A stretch of 64,000 bases of DNA from Octopus vulgaris. Its lineage: Eukaryota. The notes under the pieces were generated by a model. The model ran no database searches and was not told the DNA's origin. It saw only the letters and a program-made list of their open reading frames with translations. The stretch covers positions 18,910,001 through 18,974,000 of the forward strand of contig OX597828.1 in the NCBI GenBank assembly GCA_951406725.2, given 5' to 3'. Positions 51,168 through 64,000 of this stretch are shown here, one piece after another; position 1 is the first letter of the stretch, and every line of letters begins with the position of its first letter. Made by a program: the position numbers and the translations under genes.

Positions 51168-51376
51168 CTTTTACTCTTTTACTTGTTTCAGTTATTTGAC
51201 TCTGGCTATGCTGGAGCACTGCCTTTAGTCAAGCAAATCAACCCCAGAACTTGTTCTTTGTAAGCCTAGTACTTATTCTATCGGTCTCTTTTGCCAAACC
51301 ACTAAGTTACGGGGACGTAAACACACCAGCATCGGTTGTCAAGCGATGTTGGGGGAACAAACACAGACACACAAAC

Positions 51377-51441
<65 letters not shown>

Positions 51442-51605
51442 TATATATGACGGGCTTCTTTCAGTTTCTGTCTACCAAATCCACTCACAAGGCTTTGGTT
51501 GGCCCGAGGCTATAGTAGAAGACACTTATCCAAGGTGCCACGCAGTGGGATTGAACCCAGAACCATGTGGTTGGTAAGCAAGCTACTTACGACTCAGCCA
51601 CTCCT
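51168..51605 (-). mobile_element. Full-length tRNA/CORE SINE
   Basis: Near consensus. Confidence 0.9.
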
Positions 51606-52629
51606 AAGCCTATAATAGTTAACATGTTTTAATTTACACTTTTTAAGAGAAGTGGGTTACCAAAGTTGTTATTGAGCATTGGACAAAATGTCTTGCAGTA
51701 TCCAGTTGCAATTGTTTGCAGTTCACCGGCGGCGGTGGTAGTGGTAGGATGGTGATGACGCTGTTAATAGTGATGATAATGAGGATGATAACGATGATGG
51801 TGATGACATCAATGATGAAGTTGATGACGATGTTGTTGTTGGTGGTGGGATGATGATGCTGATAATTGTGATGCTGCTGGTGATGGTGATGTTGCTAGTG
51901 ATGACAATGGGGATGATATTGATGACGGTGATGGTAGTGATGATGATGTTGACAACAACAATGATGATGACGATGACATTCAGGTCTGTGATGGTGATGA
52001 TGATGACAACAGTGTTGATGGCAACGATGATGATGATCTATTCAATGTTTCACCACCTCTGTCAGTCCACCTTCTCCTCTAAGAACTGTTACCATTTTTA
52101 CATTCAACAGACTAATCTTGAGTCATTTGTCTTTTACTTGAATTCAACTCATTCTTCACTGCTTCACTCATTCTCCTTCACTCGACTCATTCAAACTCCA
52201 CTTCCCCCACCCCCTTCTCATTCCACTTTGCTTAATTAATTACTCATTGCAAATTTTCTGTTGTCACTAGTATACAGCTGACACAGAGACACGAAGACAC
52301 ACACACACACTCACACACACATATACACACGCACACACTCAACTGACAAATCACATCACACACACAAACACACATACATGTACATCCATCTTACATACAC
52401 TAATACACATATATACATACACACACTTACCTGAGACATTCACATCACACACTCTCTCTCACACACATGCCTACATTCACACACACACACATTCAAACAT
52501 GTACAGATATAACTGATAATAATCAGACACACCCACACTTAATATATACACACACATATGTACACACACATATATACACACATATATATACACACTCACT
52601 TGATACACTTAAATCTGATATTCACACAT

Positions 52630-52666
<37 letters not shown>

Positions 52667-53299
52667 TACATACAAGCGCAGGGACATATACGCACACATG
52701 CACACACACATACACATACATACACATGCACTCTTGATACTCATCTGACACGCCTACAGCCATGCCACACCCTCATAAACACAACTTTTACTTTCATATC
52801 TTACATATACACACATACATACACACATACCTGTGCACTCATGCACATGCACACATGGGCACACACACACACACCTGCCTGTGCTCACACATGCACACAC
52901 AGACACACACACACACCACACACACAAACGCACACACACATGCACATACATATACACACTTTATTTGAAGGAGTAAAAATGTTTTGAAAAAACATCATCC
53001 AGTTCCTATTTATTGCCTCCTAACAGAATTTAGATCTCTGAACATGTTCCCCAGCAGCAGCAGCAGCAGCAGCACCACCACCACCACCGCCCCCACCATC
53101 CCCACCCCGACATCATCCCCAACATCTTCACCCCACCCACCTCACGCATACCATTCCTACTTTGATCCCTATCTTATCCCAAAGTCCGCACCCACAGTTA
53201 TTTATGTCAACAAGAGCAAACTCCTAAGCCGTTACTCAACATACTAGTAATAGCAGCTAAATATCTCTGAAATCACTCCAAACTATTGTCTTCGGAGTG

Positions 53300-53755
53300 T
53301 GCAGGTGTGGCTGTGTGGTAAGAAGCTGGCTTCTCAACTGCATCGTTCCGGGTTCAGTCACACTACGTGGTACCCTGAGCTTGCTTACCAACCACATGGT
53401 TACGGGTTCAGTCCCACTGCATAGCAACTTGGGCAAGTGTCTTCTACTATAGCCTCGGACCAACCAAAGCCTTGTGAGTGGATTTGGTAGACGGAAACTG
53501 AAAGAAGCCCGTCGTATATATGTATATATATATATATGCGTGTTTGTGTGTCTGTGTTTGTCCCCCCAACATCGCTTGACAACCGATGCTGGTGTTTACG
53601 TCCCCGTAACCTAGCAGTTCAGCAAAAGAGACCGATAGAATAAATACCAGGCTTGCAAAGAATAAGTCCTGGGGTCGATTTGCTTGACCAAAGGCGGTGC
53701 TCCAGCATGGCCACAGTCAAATGACTGAAACAAGTAAAATAGTAAAATAGTAAAT
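53300..53755 (+). mobile_element. tRNA/CORE SINE with partially duplicated head, inserted into a (CAA)n-family copy
   Basis: Two B-boxes (about 53351 and 53405); host halves at about 53250-53295 and 53770-53840. Confidence 0.8.
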
Positions 53756-54619
53756 AGTACATCGGTAAGAAAAAAAGGCAGGATGGTCATTACTAGACTG
53801 GAAAGATTTTTGACATTATATCTGCTTAACCAGAGCTTGTCCAGCAGTCAATCGTAAACCAGATAGCAACATTTGTCTCCAGCTTATCAGAAAGATGGTT
53901 AGCACTTCTTGTTCTTCAAGTGGCCACAAGCAAAATTAGCATCACTTCCTTGCAATGCATTCTTCAAGGTATCAATGGCAGAGAAACTTAAACTGACTTT
54001 GGTTTTACAACAACAACAACAGCAACAACAACAACACTATTTAAGAATATTTGGAATAGAACTAGGAATTAACCTAGCCAGAATCTATTTGATAAATGTG
54101 TGGTATTAATTGAATCCGAAGAGCCAGTCTTCAGCAGTGTGTCAGTGCTAATAATAATAATGACGTTCTACTCTATTGTCATCATCATCATCATTATCAT
54201 CATGATCATCATCATTGTGATCATCATCATCATCATTATCCTCATCATTGTCGTTGCTGTCATCATGATGATGATCATGTTCATTATGATCAACATCATC
54301 GTCATCGTTATCATCATCATTGTTATCATCGTTGTCATTGACATCGTCATCAGCATCATCATTTACAATCCACATTTTCATGCTTGCGTCAGTCAAACAG
54401 AATATGTTGACAGATTTTCTGTGGCTGGATGCCCTTCCTGTTACCAACTTTTACTTGTTCCCAAGCAAGGGTAATATTTCCCATGGCCAGACATCCCTTG
54501 TATGATGGTGCTACCCTTTTTACAATCATAGTGTGATGTTAGAACAATAGAACAGGCGTAAACACATACGCACATCATGCACGCATGCACACACAGACAT
54601 ACCAGACATAGATACACAC

Positions 54620-55270
54620 ACAGTGTACTATACATGCATACACACAGTACCATATATACATATATACACACACACACACACAGTACCATATATATACACA
54701 TACACAGTACCATACATACACACACACATGCAGTACCATACATACACACACACACTGTACCATACACACACACATACACAGTACCATACATACATGCACA
54801 CATACACTGTACCATACATACACACACACACTGTACCATACATACACACACACAGTACCATACATAAACGCACACACATAGTACCATTCATACATATCTA
54901 TTTTCCACACACACAGAGTAAAAGTAAAGTAAAGGTTACCTTCTCAAATCATGCTGGCTCACAAGGGCCAGTTTCCTTGGCGTATATATTCTCCACTAGG
55001 ATGGGACGCTAGTCCATTATGAAGTTGCTCCTTTTTGCCATCTGAATGCATTGGAACAACATGAAATGAAGTGTTTTGATCAAGAACACAACATGTCACC
55101 CAGACCAGGAATTGAAACCACAATCTTACAATCATTAACCCAACACCCTAACCACTAAGCCACATATCTCCACAACACACACACACACAGTACCATACAT
55201 ACATATGTATATACACACACACACACACATACAGAACCATACATACACAGTACCATACACACATACACAT
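54620..55270 (+). repeat. CACACAGTACCATA minisatellite interrupted by a tRNA-headed SINE (54915-55170, minus)
   Basis: GTACCATA units at 54620-54890 resume at 55185-55265. Confidence 0.85.
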
Positions 55271-56314
55271 AATGGGTTTCTTTCAGTTTCCATCAAGTAA
55301 ACTCAGAGCTGTTGTAGAAGACAGTCGCCCAAGGGGCCACACAGTGGGACTGAACCCAGGACCACTTAGTTGGGAAGTAAGCTTAACAGTCGCACAGCCA
55401 CACTTCTGCAATAGCGATAATAATCTAATAATAATTGACATAACTATAGAAAATTACCCTAATCATTGAGCAAAAATGTGCTGAAAAGCTAAAGAATTAG
55501 ATTAACCCAGCTGTTAAATTACAAACATTATGGTAGTTAAGGCATTTATATATCATTCCATTCGTAATTGGTTACAGCAGGAATTATGCCCGACCATTTC
55601 TGTAAAGATATTGACAGATTAACTGTAAGGACAGACATGGTTATGTTCTAGAAACTGGCAATATAAGCATTTGTGGGTATATTCTTAGTCATTGTCATCG
55701 CCATCGTCATCATCATCACCATCAATTAATGTTTGTTTTCTGTGCTGGCATGGGTTGGATGGTTCAATGGGAACTGGTGAGTCTCAAAAGACAGTGTAGT
55801 GTGTAGCTATTTTCAAATAGTACCGCCAATTTGTGGTAGCTAGCAATATGATGTAATGTCATATTGCCAAAGAAATATGATTATCGTCTTCCCATTGGTT
55901 GAAATAACTGCTCATATAGGAATTCTGAAAATTAGTTAAAGAATATTTTTATGTGATTTCAATTCTTTAAAGTTAAGTTGAGCAGTTATAAAAACCCTGG
56001 ATTTTGGGGAAAACTTTAGTGTTTGTGAGATGTAACTAAACTCCATGACACTCACTCCTTTGAGACATTGGTTATTATTTTATGCCATGTCTATGAAAAA
56101 TCCAAGAACAGTATCAAGATCTGCTGTGTGCTTTGGTATGGTTTCTATAGCTGGATGCCTTTCCTAATGCCAGCCACTTTACAGGGTGTACTTTTATTAT
56201 GTGGCACCAACATCAGTGAGTTCACCAAACCCCTCAACTGAGGGGGATTGTATTGAAGGAAAGAAAAGATGTCTTGCAGCAGAGAAAGAATATGGTTGCT
56301 AAGAGAGTGAGAGG

Positions 56315-56351
<37 letters not shown>

Positions 56352-56397
56352 TGAAGAAATGCCGAGATGGGGATGTACACAAGTTATAGGGATATAC

Positions 56398-56800
56398 TCT
56401 TTTACTCTCTTTTACTCTTTTACTTGTTTCAGTCATTTGACTGCGGCCATGCTGGAGCACCGCCTTTAGTCAAGCAAATCAACCCCAGGACTATTATTTG
56501 TAAGCCTAGTACTTATTCTATTGGTCTCTTTTGCCGAACTGCTAAGTCACAGGGACGTAAACATACCAGCATCGGTTGTCAAGTGATGTTGGGGGGACAA
56601 ACACAGACACACATATATATACATATACATATATAAGACAGATTTCTTTCAGTTTCCGTCTACCAAATCCATTCACAAGGCTTTGGTTGGCCCGAAGCTA
56701 TAGTAGAAGACACTTGCCCAAGGTGCCACACAGTGGGATTGAACCCGGAACCATGTGGTTGGTAAGCAAGCTACTTACCACACAGCCACTCCTGCACCTA
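56398..56800 (-). mobile_element. Full-length tRNA/CORE SINE
   Basis: Near consensus. Confidence 0.9.
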
Positions 56801-57162
56801 TATGTATATAGTGAATCAGACCAACATTGGAGACAGTGAGTGAGTAAATTTGCAAGATTCTAAAAGAGTCTTAAAGTATGTTGTACATTCATTTGACATA
56901 GAATTTCTTAATCATAAACAATTTTATATATTTTCTCAAGATCTGCCTAATTCCTTTTGATGTAAGAAAGGAAATTCTTTGTATTTTTCACATACTATCA
57001 GTGATAAAGATGAAAATTTATAGAAGCATTATTATTTCAAAATCTCTCAAAGAGACAGATTCAGTAACAATACATTAAAGTAAAGATTATTTCCCAACAT
57101 TCATTCCATCCATGACTGCCACATTATGTTGGCAAATAGTCTTTAATGAAAATTTATATAAG

Positions 57163-57197
<35 letters not shown>

Positions 57198-57199
<2 letters not shown>

Positions 57200-57390
57200 C
57201 AAAATGTAACTACATGTGAATCGTTGGTGATTTTCTTCCTCCGTCTTCCATTCTTTTGGACTTTCCTCTATTTCTGAAGAAGAACTTTGCTCGAAATGTT
57301 AAACCATCTTTTTTACCTTTCCTGAGCGTCTGATAATACATTACATGTTCCACGTACTCGTGTTGTTGTTTTTTCTGTGTCTTGCACCCT
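57198..57390 (+). mobile_element. ~200-bp hammerhead-carrying element, partly decayed
   Basis: TTT-CTGAAGA-A GAAC TTT GCTC-GAAATGT-T-AAA at 57271-57303; starts TTCAAAATGTAA like the 9549 copy; follows (TA)n. Confidence 0.65.
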
Positions 57391-57462
57391 TTTCACAGAC
57401 ACAACAGAATATGCTTCAACACATGAACTCACATAAAGAATCTTGCAAACCAAATCCATAAA

Positions 57463-57509
<47 letters not shown>

Positions 57510-58677
57510 CACACACACACATTTCTAGAGGGGTTCAAACAGTGATTTAGTTAAAATCTGTGTCACCTAGGTTAACCCTTGAGTTAGTTACTCCCTCTCT
57601 CCTGGGTCCTTAAGCCTATACAGGCTTATATAACTGACCAAAAAATGACAGCTCATATAAGCATCCTTGCTCTTATTTCTTTATTGCCCACAAGGGGCTA
57701 AACATAGAGAGGACAAACAAGGACAGACAAAGGGATATACTGCTAAAGACGATATACTGCTAAGCATTTCGCCCGGCACACTAACGTTTCTGCCAGCTCG
57801 CCGCCCACCCACAAGCTACACTAGGGGGTTCAAAACTGACACTGTGATAAAAGGCTCCCAAATCTTGTATTGGGCATTTTATGGGTTTTAGGGCAGCCTC
57901 TTATTAGATATGCATTTTTTGTTTTTTCCATTTTCTTCTGTAAGTTTCAATAAATAAACAGACCTATTTTATTGGTCACTATAAGCTGTCTTATCAGGAA
58001 TGAATTCCAACACACATGTACATATATAGATTGAATAGATTCCCTAGGGGTAGAGGAGGCTCCTAATATTATTGGCAAAGCTGCCGGAAAGGCAGCTCTT
58101 CTAGAAGAAAGATACTCTGGAATATAACTTTTTGTCAAAATAGTACTAGTCATCTTATAACGTTCGTCACACTCGAACCTGCAATGGCAACCAAGAGAGT
58201 GGCAGAAGTGTTGTACAGACTTTTGTCATTTAAATCCAGTGATGTACAGATGTTTCACTATCATTTCATTTCTTGATCCATTTTGTATTTTGTTTAGTTC
58301 TATGAAGATGGATGCATGATATGAGAGTCATATCATTGGCACATACAGGGATGAAAGTAAATCAGAATAATCATGCTAGATGTAAAACGGCCATCATCTG
58401 CCAAGATGAGACAAGCATCACATACACACATATATGTGTGTGTGTGTATAATAATTGAAGGAAACAGAAGATAGATGTAGCACTAGTTTTTATTTAGTAC
58501 GATGAGCATTTAGACCCATTCTGCATCTGTCAATTCATCAGTTATTACCTCAAGTAACACTGCAGAATTCCTGTCATAGATCCCAACTGTGGATGCTACG
58601 TGGTAGTCCAAACTGTGACCACCAGTTTGCATTTTACTTGACATACTAATTGACATGTACCGATTAGTCCCAAAAAT

Positions 58678-58728
<51 letters not shown>

Positions 58729-59029
58729 GTATGCATGTATGTACATACATAAGTATGTTCCTTTGTTCATTCCTTTCCTTCTCTTTCTCTTTTTAACTCA
58801 GAGTAAATTCTGACTGGCCACCGACTTGGTGGCAAGGTTATGAAGGAAAGCATATTGTTTTAACCATCATTCTTTAAATCTTAAGAAGGTCTTGCAGATA
58901 TTTATAGCCCCTGATATCACAATCATTTGTAGAGTATGAATTAAGGATTTGCATTTTTTCCTCAAGATCCCAATTTCAGTCATACCTTGTTCTAGATGGG
59001 TTAGCACGTATCCTTTTATACTCTTGTCA

Positions 59030-59572
59030 GAAGGCCCTAAGTTTTTGGGGAGGGGTGGTCAGTCAATTAGCTCGACCCCAGTATACAACTGGTACTTAAT
59101 TTATCGATCCAGGAAGGATGAAAGGCAAAGTCAACCTTGGTGGAATTTGAACTCAGAATGTAAAGACAGACAAAATACTGCTAAGCATTTCACCCAGCAT
59201 GCTACCGTTTCTGCCAGCTCACTACTTTGATTAGTGTGTAACCTGTTGGATGTGGGTATATGTATGTAAAGACCCCCTAGAGAGTTCTGCTCTGATGCAC
59301 AAGTCTGGGCAAGGTTGTTTATGGATGACCAGCAGTCACCCATGCATACCAGCCTCCCCTTTCCATGCCACCGATATTATCCAAGGGAAAGGCCAAGGCT
59401 GATACAGCTTGGCACCAGTAACATTGCATCTCATTTCTACAGCTGAGTGAACTGGAGCAATGTGAAATAAAGTGTCTTACTCAAGAACACAACACACAGC
59501 CTAGTCCAGGATTCGAACTCACTACCTCATGATTGTGATCCAATGCTCTAACCACTGAGCCATGCATCTTCG
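59030..59572 (-). mobile_element. Nin-domain SINE (59030-59225) and tRNA-headed SINE (59265-59572)
   Basis: Family motifs on minus strand. Confidence 0.8.
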
Positions 59573-60576
59573 CTGTATGTATGTAGACATGGCTATGTAG
59601 TTTCTTGGTTTAGGCAAAATACTTGCTATAAATATAGCACATTTGGTCAAGGTGTGTGACACCTTGGGAAAATGTCTTATACGAGTGTTCTAGGCCGACC
59701 AAAACTTTATGCGTGGAAATTGGTTGGCAGAAACTAAAACAAATAAAAGATAAAAGATAGTAAAAAAAAATAAATAAAACCTCGTTTTCTTTTAGTTTTC
59801 AACTTTTCCATTGTTTATGTAAGAACCTAAATGATATATAAAATATTAGTGTATATATTTTTGGTACGTCTGTATAACAGAAGAGTTTAGTGGCGGCAGC
59901 AGTGGTGGTGGCGGGTGGGGAGAAATAATGGAAAACAGTTAAAAGGACAACCTTTAGTTAATTTGGGTTAATAATATTTTGATAACATACAACACAAGTT
60001 TACATGAGGTAATAATTGGTTTATATACATACACACACATATTTACATACATGTGTGTTTGAGTTTGTGTGTGTATGTATAATGTATAAGTAATATATAT
60101 GTAAACATACACACGCACACAGACACAAACATATATATATTGACATATATATGTGTTTGAGTTTGCGTGCGTGTGTATATTATATAACTAATATATAGGT
60201 ATACATACATACTTACATACACACATACATATATATATATATATACACATAGACACACATATATATATTTACATACATGTGTCTGTGAGTGTTTGAGTTT
60301 GTGTGCGTATGTATATTACATAAGTAGTATATATGTGCATATACATACATATGTATATATGTATGTATAGGTATTATGCATATATATATATATAAGGATA
60401 TTTGTAAGCATGTATGTATGCATATTATATAAGTATTATATGTATGTGTACATACATTATACCTATGACAGTATTTATATGTGTGTGTGTGTATGTATAT
60501 ATATATGTGTATATATATGTGTGTGTATATATATATGTATGTGTGTATGTATGTATATATAAAAATATGTATATAA

Positions 60577-60625
<49 letters not shown>

Positions 60626-60640
60626 TATATATATATATAT

Positions 60641-60833
60641 ACACATATATATATACACATATATATATACATATACACACATATATATATATATACACGC
60701 ACACATATGTATCTTCTTCTTCTTCTTCTTCATCGGAAAACGGACGCTAAACGATGAAGAAGAAGAAGAAGAAGATACATATGTGTGCGTGTATATATAT
60801 ATATATATGTGTGTATATGTATATATATATGTG

Positions 60834-60850
<17 letters not shown>
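60641..60850. repeat. ~95-bp-arm inverted duplication centred on a SINE-like tail remnant
   Basis: ...CACGCACACATATGTA(TCT)nTCATCG-GAAAACGGACGCTAAA-CGATGA(AGA)nTACATATGTGTGCGTG... Confidence 0.85.
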
Positions 60851-60880
<30 letters not shown>

Positions 60881-61230
60881 GTGTGTGCGTGTGTATATAA
60901 ATATGTGTGTGTGTGTGTGTATATATATATCTATACATCCATGTATGTGTGTGTGTTCTGTCTGTCTGTGTAAGTTATATATTTTAATGAACCTGCTTAT
61001 AATAATAGAGGGGTAGGCGAGAGGGGTAGAGCGACTAATCGCTTGAGAAAGCAAATGAAATATTAAGATGCAGGAATAGACCAAGATGGGAAACAAAACA
61101 ACAATAAGAACAACAAGAAAAAAATGAGAGTGATGGGGGAGAAATTTGGAAGAAAAAATTTGAAAAAATCACAAAGATCTTGCAACACAATCTTGAAGGC
61201 TTCAGGAATAGCTTACAGACACCAAAGTTG

Positions 61231-61262
<32 letters not shown>

Positions 61263-61447
61263 GGTGAAAGTGGCGGTGTTTGAGATGGTGATGATGATGG
61301 TGGTGGTGGTGGTGGTTGAGGTGGTGATGGTGGATGAGGTGATGTGTTCTTGGTGGCAGTAGTGGTAGTGGTGGTGGTGGTGGTGGTGGTGGTAGTAGTA
61401 GTTGCAGAAGCTAAGGAATTATGTATGAAGAAGCAACAAGAAGGTAG

Positions 61448-61506
<59 letters not shown>

Positions 61507-62138
61507 GTGTGTGTGTGTATTTATATATATATTTATAGACACACATCATATGGATTAAACATATACAGACCCAGAATTATATCAGAATAAATAAAGAATT
61601 GAAGGTGGAAATATGTTGTGGAATAAATCATTGTTTATTCAAGATGAATATGATATCAACAATAAAATGAATGCTCTCAACCAGTTAAGTGGCTTGAGAA
61701 CAGATATCAAAACAACACTCTCTGCTTGCCCCCTAGTTTCTCTCTTCTCTCGCTCACCCCATCATTACTGAACATACGAAAAGTTCTATAAACATATATA
61801 TATATATTTATATATATATACACACACACACTTTCATACACATTTATCTTTGAATGTATGTATATATATCATCATCATCATCATCATCAAGATATATCTA
61901 TATACATACATTCTAAGATAGAATGTGTGTGTGTGTATATATATATATATGTGTCTGTATGTAATCATGGATATATATGTGTCTGTGTGTATTTGTATGT
62001 GTGTGTATATAAATGTTCATGTGTAGCTCTAACATATATATATTTATGTATATGTATTTATACATACACTCATATATATATATGTATACACACACACACA
62101 CGTCTATCTATATGCATAGATTTACATATGTGTGTGTA

Positions 62139-62189
<51 letters not shown>

Positions 62190-62311
62190 CCTAGATACAT
62201 ATATATACATACATAATTTATTGGAAGAAATTGCAGACCTCCAGCATGTTGAAGCCTGATGAACCATCAAACCATCCTGCCCATGCCAACATGCAAAGTT
62301 TATGTAAAATG

Positions 62312-62360
<49 letters not shown>

Positions 62361-62374
62361 ATATATATATATAC

Positions 62375-62693
62375 TGCTGAGACCCCTTCGGTCATGACTG
62401 ACCATGGGATTGCACCTAGAAAGTTACCCTCCCAGGTACAAGTCCTGGCAAGGTTGTTTATGGAAGACCAGCAGTTGCCCATGCATACGAACCTCCCCTC
62501 TCTACGCCATGGATGTTAGCCAAGGGAAAGGCAAAGGGGCCGATACATTGCAACTCATTTCTACAGCTGAGTGAACTGGAGCAATGTGAAATAAAGTGTC
62601 TTGCTGAAGAACACATAGCCCGGTCTTGGATTCGAACTCACAACCTCACGACCGTAAGCTCGGCGCTCTAACCACTGAGCCATGAACCTTCAC
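62375..62693 (-). mobile_element. Full-length tRNA-headed SINE
   Basis: Head TGGCTCAGTGGTTAGAGC...GAGTTCGAATCC on minus strand; homologous to 59265-59572. Confidence 0.85.
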
Positions 62694-62705
62694 ATGTAAT
62701 ATATA

Positions 62706-62737
<32 letters not shown>

Positions 62738-63165
62738 AAGAATAATCATAAAACCAATTCATATTTTCGTTATTCTTATCCCTATTATAATTTCTATTTT
62801 AAAAGCATAAATTAATAAAACCGAGATATTTTTATAGATTTTGGACTGGAAAATAGTTGAAAATAAGTCTAGTATTGAAATTCAATATGATACCAATAGT
62901 TTTTATTTGTTATGTTTTGTTTTACGTGTGTTTTCTCCCTATTTTATTGATTAGAATTTATTTTATGCTTTATTGAAATGGGGAGGTTTTAATTTTCAAT
63001 TTGAGTTTTTAAAAACTCTTCAATTCAATTCAAATTCCTGCGTCATGCAATTTAAGTCTATTTGAAATCTCGGAAAATAAAAGTGAAAAAAAAAAAATGA
63101 AAACATTAACAAAGACTTGATGCATAATTATCAAACCTTGATAAAAAGAAAAAAACATAAGACAA

Positions 63166-63196
<31 letters not shown>

Positions 63197-63739
63197 GGAT
63201 GAATTTATTCTCCTCCCTCAACCACCTCAGTTCCTACCTTTAATCATTTTTTGTACTCTTTTCACCTAAGTACATGTACCTACCCATCCATACATCTTTT
63301 CTCTCCCTCTATCCCTATTTTCTCTCTCACTCTCTCTCTCTCTCTCTCTCATATTCACTTTATACCTTGACCCCCCACATCAGTCTCTCTCCCCACACTC
63401 TCTCTCTCTCTTTCCAAATATGGGGAAACCAGGCATTCATGTCTTCAGTAAGACACTTGCTCCTGTTCCTCTATACTCTACTCCACTCAGCTGAGGGTGA
63501 GGTTGGGGCTTTGCCATGTGAGTATTTGGTAACCTTACTAATCCTGAGGTCATGAAATAAAGCACCCAGCACACTCTCAAAAATAGTTGGCATTAGAAGG
63601 GGCATCCAATTATAGAAACTATACCAAAACGGACTTTGGAGCTGAGCATAGTCCTTTGGCTTGTTCCTTCATGTCAACCCATGCCAACATGAAAAGAAAA
63701 GGGATGTTTAATGATGATAATGATAATGATGTACTCTTT

Positions 63740-63757
63740 ATCTATCTATCCACCTAT

Positions 63758-63798
<41 letters not shown>

Positions 63799-63905
63799 CA
63801 TCTATCTGTCCATCCTCCCGTCTGTCTGCCTATCTATCCATCCATTCATCTATCCATTTTTCTATCTATCTATCTGTCTATCTAAGTGTCTATCTATCTG
63901 TCTAT
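63740..63905 (+). repeat. (TATC)n / GATA tetranucleotide repeat
   Basis: Direct reading. Confidence 0.95.
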
Positions 63906-64000
63906 CCAAGACACTGTTGCTTGTGAATGATGTCTTTGATTTAACAAAGTCTTGATAAGTTTATATAATTCTCATTTGCCATGCACAAAAAAAATCAGCT

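Noticed and set aside
54620-54890. Regularly spaced short repeats (also 45160-45730 and 10545-11560) resembling a CRISPR array
   Set aside because: Spacers are low-complexity CA runs or degenerate copies, the context is eukaryotic, and there are no cas genes.
58510-58680. Minus-strand ORF with GGHSLDY, reminiscent of a LINE endonuclease motif
   Set aside because: A single short motif with no supporting residues; too weak to call.
62620-62693. tRNA-like sequence with A and B boxes, and similar heads elsewhere
   Set aside because: Continues into SINE body and lacks a complete cloverleaf; a SINE head rather than a tRNA gene.

Overview
AT-rich, microsatellite-saturated eukaryotic DNA with no recognisable intact protein-coding gene. 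The SINE families and the density of (TA)n/(CA)n/(CAT)n repeats point to an octopus-type (coleoid cephalopod) intronic or intergenic region; this is an inference from repeat content. Most of the window is interspersed repeats: roughly 30 copies or fragments of a tRNA/CORE SINE with an internal microsatellite, Nin-domain SINEs, a SINE-like family with a GGAAGGGCATCC domain and (GAT)n tail, a third tRNA-headed SINE, a (CAA)n-tailed family, two CR1/L2-group LINE 3' ends, Tc1/mariner relics and MITEs, hAT- and piggyBac-like MITEs, and a Helentron-associated (DINE-1-like) element. The most striking signal is a dense set of minimal type I hammerhead-ribozyme motifs (5 loci with intact cores, one of them on both strands, plus 4 degenerate). 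They lie in short non-coding elements of several unrelated sequence families, all inserted in (TA)n/(CA)n tracts. Two sit in near-perfect fold-back palindromes (58-bp and 171-bp arms) resembling Penelope-like inverted pseudo-LTRs. Fold-back inverted duplications also recur at the tails of three different SINE families. A few unique islands have splice-site-like borders (low confidence). Nearly all ORFs in the supplied track are microsatellite or SINE read-through artefacts. Coordinates of interspersed repeats were read by eye and their ends are approximate.
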